From Sphingomonadaceae bacterium (lineage in GTDB: Bacteria > Chloroflexota > UBA6077), in NCBI GenBank assembly GCA_050261575.1, contig JBLNDL010000006.1, positions 1-62,589 of the forward strand: a stretch of DNA of 62,589 bases, read 5' to 3'. Both the position numbers and the translations under genes were made by a program. Below, in pieces: positions 17,730-28,087 of the stretch (its first letter is position 1; the number at the start of each line of letters is the position of its first letter). The notes below the pieces were generated by a model. It did not search any database and was not told the DNA's origin. It saw nothing but the letters and a program-made list of their open reading frames with translations.

Positions 17730-19154
17730 CCCGGATTATTCATGAATGGGCAGGAGGGGCAGCCAGCAGGGACCAAAGGTGCTGAGCCGGATGGCTGCTG
17801 GCGAGATGCAGGCGGACCTTGGCGATCAGTTCGCGAACCCGGCCGCCGATCTTGATGAGCAGTAGGCGCAGGGTGTCCAACTGGAGGGGTGCGACGCCCT
17901 TGTGTATCAGTCGGCGACGCAGGGTGTCCAGCAGCCAGTAGGCAGCGGCGTGGAGGAGTAGGCGGAACTGATTGGCGGCAAAGGAGTGGCAGGATAGGCG
18001 GTCGGCGAAGCAGGCGAGCTTGAAATCCTTGATCCTTTTCTCGGACTCGCCGCGCTGGACGTAGTAGTCATAGAGAGCCAGGGGCTCATCGGTGCGATTG
18101 GTGGCGACGAAACGGGTGTTGGGGCCTTTGGCGAGGGCTTCGGCCTTGAAGACGACTCGACGGAAGTGAGGCCAGCTATCGGCGGCATATCCTGCTTCGC
18201 CGGCCAGGCGCACCTTGTCGGTGCCGGTCTGCTTCTGTTGGGCCACGGCCTCGGCTAGAAGCGGCGCGGCCAGGGCTTCCAGGCGAGAGTTGGGGACCAG
18301 TCCGATGGTGTAGGTGATGCCTTCCCGCTCACAGTAGTCGTAGAGAGGTGGGACGGCAAAGCCGCTGTCGGCCCGCAGTTCGATCCTGACGCCCGGCCAG
18401 CGAGCTCGGATGGCCCGGACCAGGCGGCACAATAGGGCGACGGCGTTGCGGCTGGAGTGGGCGTTGCCTGAACGGAGCAACGCGGTGATCAGTTGGCCGG
18501 TGTCGCCATCGAACACCAGGAGTGGATGGTACATATGCTGACGGAAGTAGCCGTGGTAGGCCGTCCCCTCCTGGTCCCCGTGGGCGGGGTCGTCGGTGGA
18601 GTCGACGTCCAGAAGGATGTGCTTGGGAATGCCTTCGTGATCCCGTTCCCGAAGGTAGACATCCAGCAGGGCGAGGGCGAGCCGGTAGCAGGTGCGCGCA
18701 TCGACGGCGTTCTCCAGGCGGGAGAGGGTGGGTTGGCTGGCGAGGTCGGCATCGCTCTCAGGCAAACGACCACGACCAACTTCAGGAGAGGGTCGGTGCG
18801 CAGGGCATCGGCGTCGTCCTGGTCTTCGTAGCCGCAGGCGATCTGGAAGACCCGCTGGCGGACGAGCGTCTCCAAGGAATGGCGGACGGAGCCACGACGC
18901 CACTCTGGGATCAGCTCAGCGAAAGCGGCGCAGAGGCCGAGTCCCCCTTCGACCTGGGCAAGAAGGGGCAGGCCACCATCCGAAGTGAGCCGGCCGCCAT
19001 CGAAAGCGGCTTCGAGAGGAAGAGCTGCATCAGTGGCGAAACCGAAGGTCGGTGTGTCAGAATCCAAAGGAGCCTCCTGGGTCGGCCGAGTCGTCGAGCC
19101 ACTTGACCATAACCCGTGAGCCCCCCCCCCTTTCAACCCCGTGAATGATTCAGG
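17730..19154 (-). mobile_element. IS1380-family insertion sequence
   Basis: Imperfect IRs CCCGGATTATTCATG / CCTGAATCATTCACG; CTAG duplicated at 17726-17729 and 19155-19158. Confidence 0.88.
17740..19067 (-). pseudogene. IS1380 transposase, frameshifted near 18775
   Basis: FDGG.LTSDGG and GYED.DD in one frame; ASQPTLSRLEN, LD.DST, RADSGF, Y..RG.SE..IK in another. Confidence 0.85.
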
Positions 19155-19780
19155 CTAGCTTTGATCTTGGGCTTTCGCCCGGCTGTCTGTCATGCAGCCC
19201 TGCGCTTCACGGCGTCCTCGGGGCTCTTGCCCAGGAGAACCCGGGCCAGCGCTTTGTGGCCGGCCGTGAGATACAGGCCCCGCCACCTGTCGGCCCACTC
19301 CTCGGCTTGGCGCTCACCGAGCCTGACCACGAGTTCGATCTTGAGCGTGCTCGCCAACTACTCAGATCAGTTGCGCATCATCCGGGCAACTTCCTCTTCA
19401 GCGAGCACACGCTGGACAGACTCCCCAAGAAGACTCAAGCGCCTTTCGCCCTAGAATCGGCTTGCGTGGTTCGGGCCGGGGATGGATACCTTGAGGGAGC
19501 TGCTGGGCGGCTTCGCCCGCGCTGAGGGTGACAATGGCGCGGTCGATGAATCGAGCCGTGCATGGGTAGCCGCAGCCGCCGCCGTAGTACGGTAGGCCCC
19601 ATAACGTCTGCCTTCTCCCGGGAAGGCCGCTGTGAATGTGTCACTTGCCTCCAAGTAGCGGTAGAAGCTCCGAACCCTTTGACTTACAATGAACTGTACG
19701 CCAATCGTCCCAGACCATCACCAGAAGAAGACACCGCCACGGGGCACCACACCCGATGGGATGTCTGTGGGGAGTTGCAG

Positions 19781-22700
19781 ATGAAATTGGTCGAGGACTA
19801 CCTCCATCAGCTACGGCTGATCCACGCCTCCCGAGCAGGAGTCCCAGAACTCTCCTATTACGTCCCACTCGCTGACCTGCTGAACGCCATCGGCAAGACT
19901 CTCAAGCCCAGGGTGCACTGCATCATCGCGCTGGCGAACCGCGGAGCCGGCTTTCCCGACGGCGGGCTCTTCACCTCAGATCAGCTTCAGGAGGTATCGG
20001 AGGCCGATACCTTTTCTGGGCAACTCCCGTCTCGTGGGGTAATCGAGATAAAGCCGCTGGCCGACGATACCTGGGCGACTGCCGAGGGAGAGCAAGTCAC
20101 TCGCTACTGGGGCGAGTACGGCCAGGTCCTAGTCACGAACTACTGGGATTTTGTGCTGGTTGGCCATGACGCCGACGGCAACCCTGCCAAGCTCGATACC
20201 TATCGGTTGGCCGAAAGCGAGGCCGAGTTCTGGGCTGCGGCTGCTCACCCTGGCAAGCTGGCCCAGCAGCACGCCGACAGCCTCGTGGAGTTCCTAACGC
20301 GAGTCATGCGTTCCGCAGCCCCACTGGGAACGCCTCAGGATGTCGCCTGGTTTCTCGCATCCTACGCCCGGGACGCCAAGACTCGCGTCGAAGCCGCTGA
20401 TCTCCCAGCCCTGTCCTCCATTCGCACTGCTCTTGAAGAGGCCCTGGGGATCAAGTTCGAAGGACCGAAAGGGGAGCATTTCTTTCGTTCAACCCTGGTG
20501 CAGACTCTGTTCTATGGAGTGTTCTCCGCATGGGTCATCTGGGCCAGGCAACCGGGACGCAAGCCTGGCGATCATTTTGACTGGAAGACGACCGCGTGGC
20601 ATCTGCGAGTGCCCATGATCCGGGCGCTCTTTGAGCAGGTCGGAACCCCTACCCAACTCGGGCCGCTGGGGCTGGTCGAGGTGCTTGATCGGACTGGGGA
20701 TGTTCTCAACCGCGTGAACCGGGACACTTTCTTCGCCCAGTTCGAGGACCAGCACGCCGTCCAGTACTTCTACGAACCGTTCCTGGCGGCGTACGACCCA
20801 AAGCTGCGCAAGGAGATGGGCGTCTGGTATACACCCAGAGAGATCGTCCAGTATCAGGTCGCCCGTGTAGATACTGTGCTTCGGGAGGAGCTGGGAGTCG
20901 AGGACGGGCTAGCCGACCCGAGCGTCTATGTGCTCGACCCCTGCTGTGGCACTGGAACGTACCTCGTAGAGGTGTTGAACACGATAGCCGGGACACTGAA
21001 GGCCAAAGGCTCCAACGGTCTCCTCGCTCACAGCCTGAAACGCGCAGTGATGGATCGTGTCATTGGCTTCGAGATACTTCCGGCTCCGTTCGTCGTCGCT
21101 CACCTACAGATGGGGCTACTCCTGCAGCAGAAGGGGGCGCCTCTCTCGGACTCTAAGAACGAGCGTGTCGGCGTATACCTCACCAACTCCCTCACAGGCT
21201 GGGAGCCGCCCGACCCCGAAAAGGAGAGGGTGATCCAACTCCATTTATCCGGCCTGCCCCAGCTGCAGGAGGAGCGAGACGCGGCTGAGAAGGTCAAGCG
21301 CAAGACGCCGATCCTGGTAATCCTCGGCAACCCGCCCTACAACGCCTTTGCTGGAGTCAGCCCCAAAGAGGAGCAGGGCCTGGTCGAACCGTACAAGGTT
21401 GGGCTATCCTCCATCTGGGGGATAAGGAAGTACAACCTGGACGATCTGTACATTCGATTCTTCCGCCTGGCCGAGCGACGAATAGCCGAGCAGGGCAAGC
21501 GGGGCATCGTTTCTTTTATCAGCAATTTCTCGTACCTTAACGACCCATCCTACGTGGTCATGAGACAGCGTTTCCTCTCCCAGTTCGACAAGATGTGGTT
21601 TGATTCGCTGAACGGCGATAGCAGGGAGACGGGCAAGCTCACACCGGATGGCGAGCCGGACCCCAGCGTGTTCTCGACGGACTACAACCGTGAGGGGATA
21701 CGGCTGGGCACTGCGGTCTCGGTGCTGGTGCGCAAGGCCGACCGTTCCGAGCAGCCAGAGGTCCTTTACCGCGAGTTCTGGGGTGTGAACAAACGCACCG
21801 ACCTGCTGGAAAGCCTGGGGCGCCCCAACCTCAACACTCAGTATGAGTCCCCAGAGCCCAGCAAGCGGAACCGACTTTCGTTCCGCCCCTGGCACGCAAC
21901 GACTGAGTACCTGTCGTGGCCGGCGGTCGTGGAACTCTGTGGTCAGCCGCCTGTGCCGGGACTCCAGGAAATGCGGCGTGGCGCCCTGATCGACATCGAC
22001 CCGGCCGCCCTAAGTAGCCGCATGGAGCAATACTACAAAGTGGACCTCGACTGGGAAGCGGTGAAGGCGCTGGGGGTGGGACCGACGGCGGATACCGAGT
22101 CCTTCGCAGCCAAGCCTGCCAGGGCAACGATCTTGGCGGCGGACAAGTTCGATCCGAATCGAGTGGTACGCTACGCGCTGTATCCCATGGACCGCCGCTG
22201 GTGCTATTACTCCCCAGTGTCTCCCCTCTGGAACAGGCCACGTCCGATGTTGGCGGCTCAGAACTGGACGGGCAACCGCTTCTTCGTCACTCGAATGGTC
22301 GCGGAGAGGCCGAAGGAGGGGGTCCCTGCAGTAGTCACCCGCGCACTGCCTGATTACCACCTCCTCCGGCCAAACGTGGAGGCCATCCCGATGCGTCTCC
22401 GCAACGGTTCCAGGCGAATGAGCAAAGCGAGCAAGCACCAGCTTCTCTTGCTCGACGATCTGGGCGAGATGGACACCACATCGACGGCCAACCTCTCGCC
22501 TCGCGCCCGGGCCTACCTCTCTGCGCTGGGCATAACCGATCCGGATGCGAGCCAGGAGAACGCAGAGCTGATCTGGATGCACGCCCTGGCGATCAACTAC
22601 TCCCCGGCCTATCTGGCGGAGAACTCGGACGGCGTCCGAGGGGACTGGCCCCGCATACCCTTGCCCGGCACCCGGGACACCCTGCTGGCCTCCGCCGCAC

Positions 22701-23314
22701 TGGGTCGACAACTGGCAGCCTTGCTCGATCCCGAGAGCCCTGTGACGGGTGTTACCGTCGGCTCGGTTCGCCCGGAGCTGAAGGTCATGGCCGGAATCGC
22801 TTCTGCCGATGGTAGGCCCCTGAACCCGGACACAGGAGACCTGGCAGTTACTGCCGGTTGGGGACATCCCGGACAGGACGGCATCGTGATGCCCGGCAGA
22901 GGGAAGACCGTCCTGCGAAGCTACGAAGCCGAGGAACTGGCTGCGATAGAGCTGGGTGCCGGACTCGTCGGCCTTGGCGTCGGGGAGGTTGCTCGCCGTC
23001 TCGGCGAAACCACGTATGACGTGTTCTTGAATGACCGGGCGTATTGGCGGAACGTGCCGGAGCGGGTGTGGGAGTACACCATCGGCGGATACCAGGTGGT
23101 GAAGAAGTGGCTCTCCTACCGGGAAAGCAAATTGCTCGGCCGTTCTCTCACCGCTTCTGAGGCCGGGGAGGTCACAAACATGGTTCGCCGGCTCGCGGCT
23201 GCCCTGCTGTTGGGCACTGCGCTCGATGCCAACTACCAAATGGCCAAGGAGGGTGCCTACGAATGGCCAGCGGAGGTGCCCGTCAGCCACCCTGTCTGGC
23301 CGGGACAGATGTAG
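19781..23314 (+). CDS. Type IIG/ISP-like restriction-modification enzyme (N6-adenine MTase, no helicase)
   Basis: N-terminal PD...EIK, YTP, LDPCCGTG, GNPPY, C-terminal IGGYQV.KKWLSYR specificity region. Confidence 0.88.
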   Translation: MKLVEDYLHQLRLIHASRAGVPELSYYVPLADLLNAIGKTLKPRVHCIIALANRGAGFPDGGLFTSDQLQEVSEADTFSGQLPSRGVIEIKPLADDTWATAEGEQVTRYWGEYGQVLVTNYWDFVLVGHDADGNPAKLDTYRLAESEAEFWAAAAHPGKLAQQHADSLVEFLTRVMRSAAPLGTPQDVAWFLASYARDAKTRVEAADLPALSSIRTALEEALGIKFEGPKGEHFFRSTLVQTLFYGVFSAWVIWARQPGRKPGDHFDWKTTAWHLRVPMIRALFEQVGTPTQLGPLGLVEVLDRTGDVLNRVNRDTFFAQFEDQHAVQYFYEPFLAAYDPKLRKEMGVWYTPREIVQYQVARVDTVLREELGVEDGLADPSVYVLDPCCGTGTYLVEVLNTIAGTLKAKGSNGLLAHSLKRAVMDRVIGFEILPAPFVVAHLQMGLLLQQKGAPLSDSKNERVGVYLTNSLTGWEPPDPEKERVIQLHLSGLPQLQEERDAAEKVKRKTPILVILGNPPYNAFAGVSPKEEQGLVEPYKVGLSSIWGIRKYNLDDLYIRFFRLAERRIAEQGKRGIVSFISNFSYLNDPSYVVMRQRFLSQFDKMWFDSLNGDSRETGKLTPDGEPDPSVFSTDYNREGIRLGTAVSVLVRKADRSEQPEVLYREFWGVNKRTDLLESLGRPNLNTQYESPEPSKRNRLSFRPWHATTEYLSWPAVVELCGQPPVPGLQEMRRGALIDIDPAALSSRMEQYYKVDLDWEAVKALGVGPTADTESFAAKPARATILAADKFDPNRVVRYALYPMDRRWCYYSPVSPLWNRPRPMLAAQNWTGNRFFVTRMVAERPKEGVPAVVTRALPDYHLLRPNVEAIPMRLRNGSRRMSKASKHQLLLLDDLGEMDTTSTANLSPRARAYLSALGITDPDASQENAELIWMHALAINYSPAYLAENSDGVRGDWPRIPLPGTRDTLLASAALGRQLAALLDPESPVTGVTVGSVRPELKVMAGIASADGRPLNPDTGDLAVTAGWGHPGQDGIVMPGRGKTVLRSYEAEELAAIELGAGLVGLGVGEVARRLGETTYDVFLNDRAYWRNVPERVWEYTIGGYQVVKKWLSYRESKLLGRSLTASEAGEVTNMVRRLAAALLLGTALDANYQMAKEGAYEWPAEVPVSHPVWPGQM

Positions 23315-23400
23315 ACACCGCTCGGGACATCGCAAGGAGCCCCGGGATGAGGATGCGAGCTGATGCGGCTTGAATGGAATGAGCGGATGAAGGTGAGGGA

Positions 23401-24114
23401 ATGATCAACCTGTGTGACCTGGCGCTCTCGTCCATGGTGTTCGACGGGCTCACTGGCTACACCTCGTCACTCTCCCGACTGGCCGAGGTCACCAACGGCA
23501 GAGTGGACCTCACCGATCAAACACACCGCATGGCTGTTCTGAAGTGGCTCAATGATTGGGGATGCAGGCACCTCTCCAAGGAGCAACACGAGACGGCGTC
23601 AGCGTCGCTCTGCACCTGGTACACGAATAGCGGCGCTAGTCTGTTTTCCGTGGACAGGCTCCTGTGGGACCTGACTGACGTGGAAATAGCGGCAGCGGCG
23701 TTCGCGTATGGCTCTCTGAAAGGCATGCCGGGAGCATGGCGCACGATTAATGGGCGCCGCTCGCCCTGGCTGATAGGACCGACGGCGGCCTCCAAGGTCC
23801 TGTTTGCCCTCCGTCCGCACGCGCTCCTGCCCTGGGATGATGCGATTCGGGACGGATTCGAGTGCGACGGGAGTGCCGAATCCTACCTCCGGTTCCTGCG
23901 GGAGATCCGCGAGCAGGCGAAGGGGACAGCCGGCGCGTGTGAAAAGATCGGCTTCGGCATCACCGGTTTGCCCAACGCGCTGGGCTGCCCCAACGCCACC
24001 GTGATAGAGTTGATCAACAAGTATCTGTGGATGAAGCACTCACGGGAGTGGAGTCCACCCACACCCGAGATCGTCGCGAGGTGGGCTGCCTGGGGCTCCG
24101 GGCAAGGAATCTGA
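23401..24114 (+). CDS. Hypothetical protein with GPTAASK.L...RP....WD motif (DUF6308-like)
   Basis: RBS GAGGGA; motif resemblance only. Confidence 0.55.
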   Translation: MINLCDLALSSMVFDGLTGYTSSLSRLAEVTNGRVDLTDQTHRMAVLKWLNDWGCRHLSKEQHETASASLCTWYTNSGASLFSVDRLLWDLTDVEIAAAAFAYGSLKGMPGAWRTINGRRSPWLIGPTAASKVLFALRPHALLPWDDAIRDGFECDGSAESYLRFLREIREQAKGTAGACEKIGFGITGLPNALGCPNATVIELINKYLWMKHSREWSPPTPEIVARWAAWGSGQGI

Positions 24115-24239
24115 CTCCGTCCGCGACACCAAGCAGCCATGCCAGATTATGTCTGGCTCTGGTTCTCGCTTCCCGATCAACTCTCCTCAGTCCGACCGAG
24201 CCCCTGCATTGCCTGGTGGCCGAACAGATTCGGCCAGTC

Positions 24240-25236
24240 TGTCGGTGACCGACCGAGACTATGCCGGCGGTCGCCGCCAGATGTAGGCCAAGCATAGCCG
24301 CCTGGGTGTAGGCCACCCATGATGGGTGGACATGGTGGCATCCTAGCGCGGTCGCGCGATGACCGCTGCTATCGGGGCAGCTACTTCACCCTGTGGCGGT
24401 TCGTGGCGAGACTACGGCCTCATGAGGCGGAGGTGCGGCCGAGTGTTGACCCTCGGCCAGGGCGCAACAGGCCCAGATGGACTTCGGCCCGTGGGGACCC
24501 CGGGACCTGGCCACGCGGAGAGCTCGCACCGCCTACACCTTCGTCATGGCCCGCTCCTTCAGCCGCTGCCAGTGTGCCGAGCTGGCCTTCGACCAGAAGC
24601 TGGCCACCTGCGCTTTGGCGGCCGGGCACGGCAACTTGCTGATTGTGGCCCCACGGGGTGAGCAAGGGCCGCCTGGCCAACGCCTTGGCCTTCAAGGCGA
24701 TCCGACGAGGCTGCGGGTTGATGGTGAGACCGACCAGCCGGCTGCTGGCCTCGCTGCACGATTCTCGGGCCGACGGCAGCCACGCTAGCAAGATGGCGAG
24801 GCTCGACCTCGTGGACTTCCTGGTGCCAGACGATTTCGGCCTGCGTCCCCTCTCCGTCCAGGCGGTGGGCGACCTCCACGACACCATCAGCCCTCGGTAC
24901 GGGAGTCGGCCGATGGCCACCACCTCCAACCGGGCGATGAAGGAGTGGGCCGGACTCCTTGGAAACGATCTCCTGGCCGGTGCTGCCCTAGACCGGCCGA
25001 CTCATTACACCCAGACCGCCATCATGCGAAGGCGCAGCTGCCGGCAACTGAGCCATCGAAAGGAGGTGGAGGGCCGAGGAAACAAGACACCGATGTGCGG
25101 GTTACAGGGCTCGAAAGGGTGCCCTCCCATCTGGTCCCTGAAGGCCGGAGAACTAGATTCCTGACGGCCCGCGGGTTCGATTGCGTGGCCTACACCCAGG
25201 CGGCCATGGACGGACTGCATCGGGCGGCTATTGACA
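24240..25236 (+). mobile_element. Internally deleted IS21-family element (istA/istB relics)
   Basis: TGTC...GACA ends; GCCGCCTGGGTGTAGGCCAC inverted at both ends; istA-like (GSY.TL.RF, DFG, FVM..SFSR) and istB-like (DDFG, TSNR..EW, A.LDR) fragments. Confidence 0.8.
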
Positions 25237-25728
25237 TCCATCATCAGTCAGACACGCTCCAAGACAGACACCGTGGAGCCCCCAGTTCAGTGGGGGCGGC
25301 GAGGCTGCGAAGCAGCCGACGCGGGGGTGGATCGGTATTCCGTTCTCCTCCAATACTCTCATCTATCTATCAATCTAAGAAAGAAAGATAGACACTATCA
25401 CCATCACCCTGGGAGGTGGCCAAGGCAACCACCCAAGGAGAGTCTCTGAGTGAATGAAGAGCAGAGGCCCTCCTGGGCCATGGGTCTCGGTGAACGCTGT
25501 CTTCCAAGAGCAACCGGTTACCACCCGAACGCCACGGGTGAGCAGCCAAAGCCGGCTTCTCCTTCTCTTCTCCCTCCATTCCCTGACAGTACCCATCCCC
25601 CATCTCTATCCCACGCCGACCTTGCCAGGGCTCCTCGTGCGCCCTGCTCTCAGTCTGAGAGTGCCAAAGTCATCAGGACGTTCTGCGCAAGACAGTAGGG
25701 AGGCGCATAAGAAAACTAGTAAAGCACC

Positions 25729-25756
25729 TTGACAAGGGAAGTCCGGACTGGATAAT
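25729..25756 (+). promoter_or_regulatory. Sigma70-type promoter of the second recombinase
   Basis: TTGACA-N16-GATAAT. Confidence 0.55.
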
Positions 25757-25911
25757 AGAGTAGGAGAAGAAGGATAGTAGGCTGCTATCCTGCATACTTG
25801 AGACTCACAGATTCCCCACTAGTTGCCGCTTTGGCAACTCCCCCGAACAATCCACCACTCTTTTCCACATTACCCTGTGCGACTCACGTTGACGAGGAGA
25901 GGAGAGTCTCT

Positions 25912-26787
25912 GTGTTCACGTTGCCCGCCGAGGTCGCGAGCCCTGCCAATCAGATCGACTCCGATGATCAGCTTGTAGCTCTCTGGCTGCGAGGCCGGAG
26001 CGAACACACCTTGCGGGCTTACCAGTCCGATGTGGGGCGGTTCATGGCGCACGTGGGGAAGCCTCTCCGAGACGTGACCCGAGAGGACCTGCAAGCCTTT
26101 GCCGACAGCCTGGCCGATCTGGCTCTCACCTCTAGGTACCGAGCCCTGGCAACGCTGAGGAGTCTCCTCGCCTTTGGGCATCGCATCGGCTACTTGGTCT
26201 CTGACGCTGGCCGGGACTTCTCTCTGCAGGTTCCTGAGCGTGGGCATCCTGAGCGGGAACTGAGCGAGGATGAGGTACACCACATACTGGCTCTGGAGCC
26301 GGACCGACGCAACCGCGCACTGCTGCGCCTTCTCTACGCCGCCGGCCTCCGGGTGTCGGAGGTGTGTGCTCTCACCTGGCGAGACCTGCAGCCCACGAGG
26401 GAGGGAGGACGGGTTACTGTACTGGAGAGGAATGGCGTCACCCGGGCGGTGTTGTTGCCCGCCTCTGTCTGGAACGACCTGTTAGCACTGCGCGGTGATG
26501 CCCCCCTCGACGCGCCCATGTTCAGATCCCAAAAGGGCGGCCACCTGAACGAGACCCAGGTGTTCCGCATTGTCCGCCAGGCGGCCAAGAGGGCGGGGAT
26601 CGAAGAGGCGTCCCCCTTCTCGCTTCGCCACGCCCACGCCAGCCACGCCCTGAGCAGGGGCGCTCCGCTCCAGCTCGTGCAGGCCACTCTCGGGCATACC
26701 TCCGCCGCTACCACGAGCCGCTATCTCCACGCCCTGCCCGAGGGAAGCTCGGCAATGCTTCTTTCCGTAGCAGAAGGTGCCCGGTAG
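25912..26787 (+). CDS. XerD-like tyrosine recombinase with altered catalytic residues
   Basis: SEHTLRAY, GLRVSE, LRHAHASHAL, TLGH, TTSRY. Confidence 0.88.
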   Translation: MFTLPAEVASPANQIDSDDQLVALWLRGRSEHTLRAYQSDVGRFMAHVGKPLRDVTREDLQAFADSLADLALTSRYRALATLRSLLAFGHRIGYLVSDAGRDFSLQVPERGHPERELSEDEVHHILALEPDRRNRALLRLLYAAGLRVSEVCALTWRDLQPTREGGRVTVLERNGVTRAVLLPASVWNDLLALRGDAPLDAPMFRSQKGGHLNETQVFRIVRQAAKRAGIEEASPFSLRHAHASHALSRGAPLQLVQATLGHTSAATTSRYLHALPEGSSAMLLSVAEGAR

Positions 26788-27268
26788 ACGCTTCGGAGCG
26801 GTGCGCTTGGGGTGGTCGGCTGTCCCTCTCTTGGAGCTGTGCCCAGGGACGCGAGGCTGCGGTCCTCTCAAGTCTCAACCTGTACCCTTTCTTTCGCTTT
26901 GTTGCCGAGAGTCAGAACTTGGGACACACCAACGGCCGAACCCAGAGAAGCAACGCCGACAGGGCAAGACACCTGTCCTCCCCCACACACCTCCTCTTCC
27001 TGCCTCGCTCAACCTTGAGACACCTGCCTGGTAGGCGGGTAGACCCCCCGGTGCCTTCCATTTCCGAACAATGCGCTCGCGGAGGGTACCCATCCAGACG
27101 GACAAGAAAACGGTTCTTCGACTCCCAATTTGAGATTTCAACACCGCTGGTCGGTCGGTGCGCGCCGGGACTGAAGGAGGAGAACACATCGCCGGCGGTG
27201 TGATAGGCAGCCACCAACACCGGGCAGAGCGCAACCTGCCCAGACTCATTTCGTAAGGAGAGCAAACA

Positions 27269-28078
27269 GTGTCTGCAGAAGACGACGCCCGCAGGCGAAG
27301 GGAGGAATGGGAAGCGGCCGGCAGACCCGACTACAACAACCTGATTACCGACTCCTCGGGCAACATCATTGGCTACCACAGCGTAGACGAGACCCCACCG
27401 GCGCTTCGCTCGGAGTCCAACGCTGGCTATCCCTACACGGAGACGGACTGGACCAGAAACACCTTCCTTGACTACTTCCGCCAGATGGCCCAGAAGTCCA
27501 CGTCTAGCAACTACTCTGGAGCCAACATGAGTTCCACGAACCCCAACGATCCCTTCAAAGGCATAGCCGGGGCTGCTTTCTTCAACCCCTTCGACCCCGA
27601 CTCCTACACCCGGGGCTGGGGCAAGACGTTGCAGGCCGGCGGGATCAACCCCCTGGCCAACACCCCCTTCGTCAACTACCTCTCCAGCATGGCCGCGCCG
27701 CTGGCATCCAACTACCTGCTGCGGGCCGTCCTGGAAGGCAACGCCACCCCCGCCTCGCTGGTGGGCGGGCTCCAGGAAGCCTACAGGAACGCGGGGCTGG
27801 GCGGGCTGTACGCCGGGGACGCCCTGGCGAGCCTGAAGAACCTGGTCGGCCAGTACTACGGCGGCCAGCTCTCCAACGGCATGCAGATGGCCCTGCTCGG
27901 CAACATGGCCGAGAGCCCCAACTACATGATGCAGGTCCTGGGCAACGCCCTGGGCGGCGGGCTCTCGGGCGCGGCAAGGGGCATCGCCAACTATCTGCAG
28001 CGGCTCTACGGCCAGTGGAACCTGCAGGACACCGACGTACCCTGGCTCCAGTACTTCTTCGACAACTTCGTCAGGTAG
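27269..28078 (+). CDS. Hypothetical Gly/Asn/Ala-rich protein, phage internal-virion-like
   Basis: AAGGAG RBS and strong GC3 bias support a real gene; function inferred from composition only. Confidence 0.7.
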   Translation: MSAEDDARRRREEWEAAGRPDYNNLITDSSGNIIGYHSVDETPPALRSESNAGYPYTETDWTRNTFLDYFRQMAQKSTSSNYSGANMSSTNPNDPFKGIAGAAFFNPFDPDSYTRGWGKTLQAGGINPLANTPFVNYLSSMAAPLASNYLLRAVLEGNATPASLVGGLQEAYRNAGLGGLYAGDALASLKNLVGQYYGGQLSNGMQMALLGNMAESPNYMMQVLGNALGGGLSGAARGIANYLQRLYGQWNLQDTDVPWLQYFFDNFVR

Positions 28079-28087
28079 AGGTGAAGC

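Noticed and set aside
25240..25800. Internal att site marking a second tandem island, or a replication origin
   Set aside because: No third tRNA-Pro fragment found; the AT-rich patch near 25360-25390 has no clear iterons
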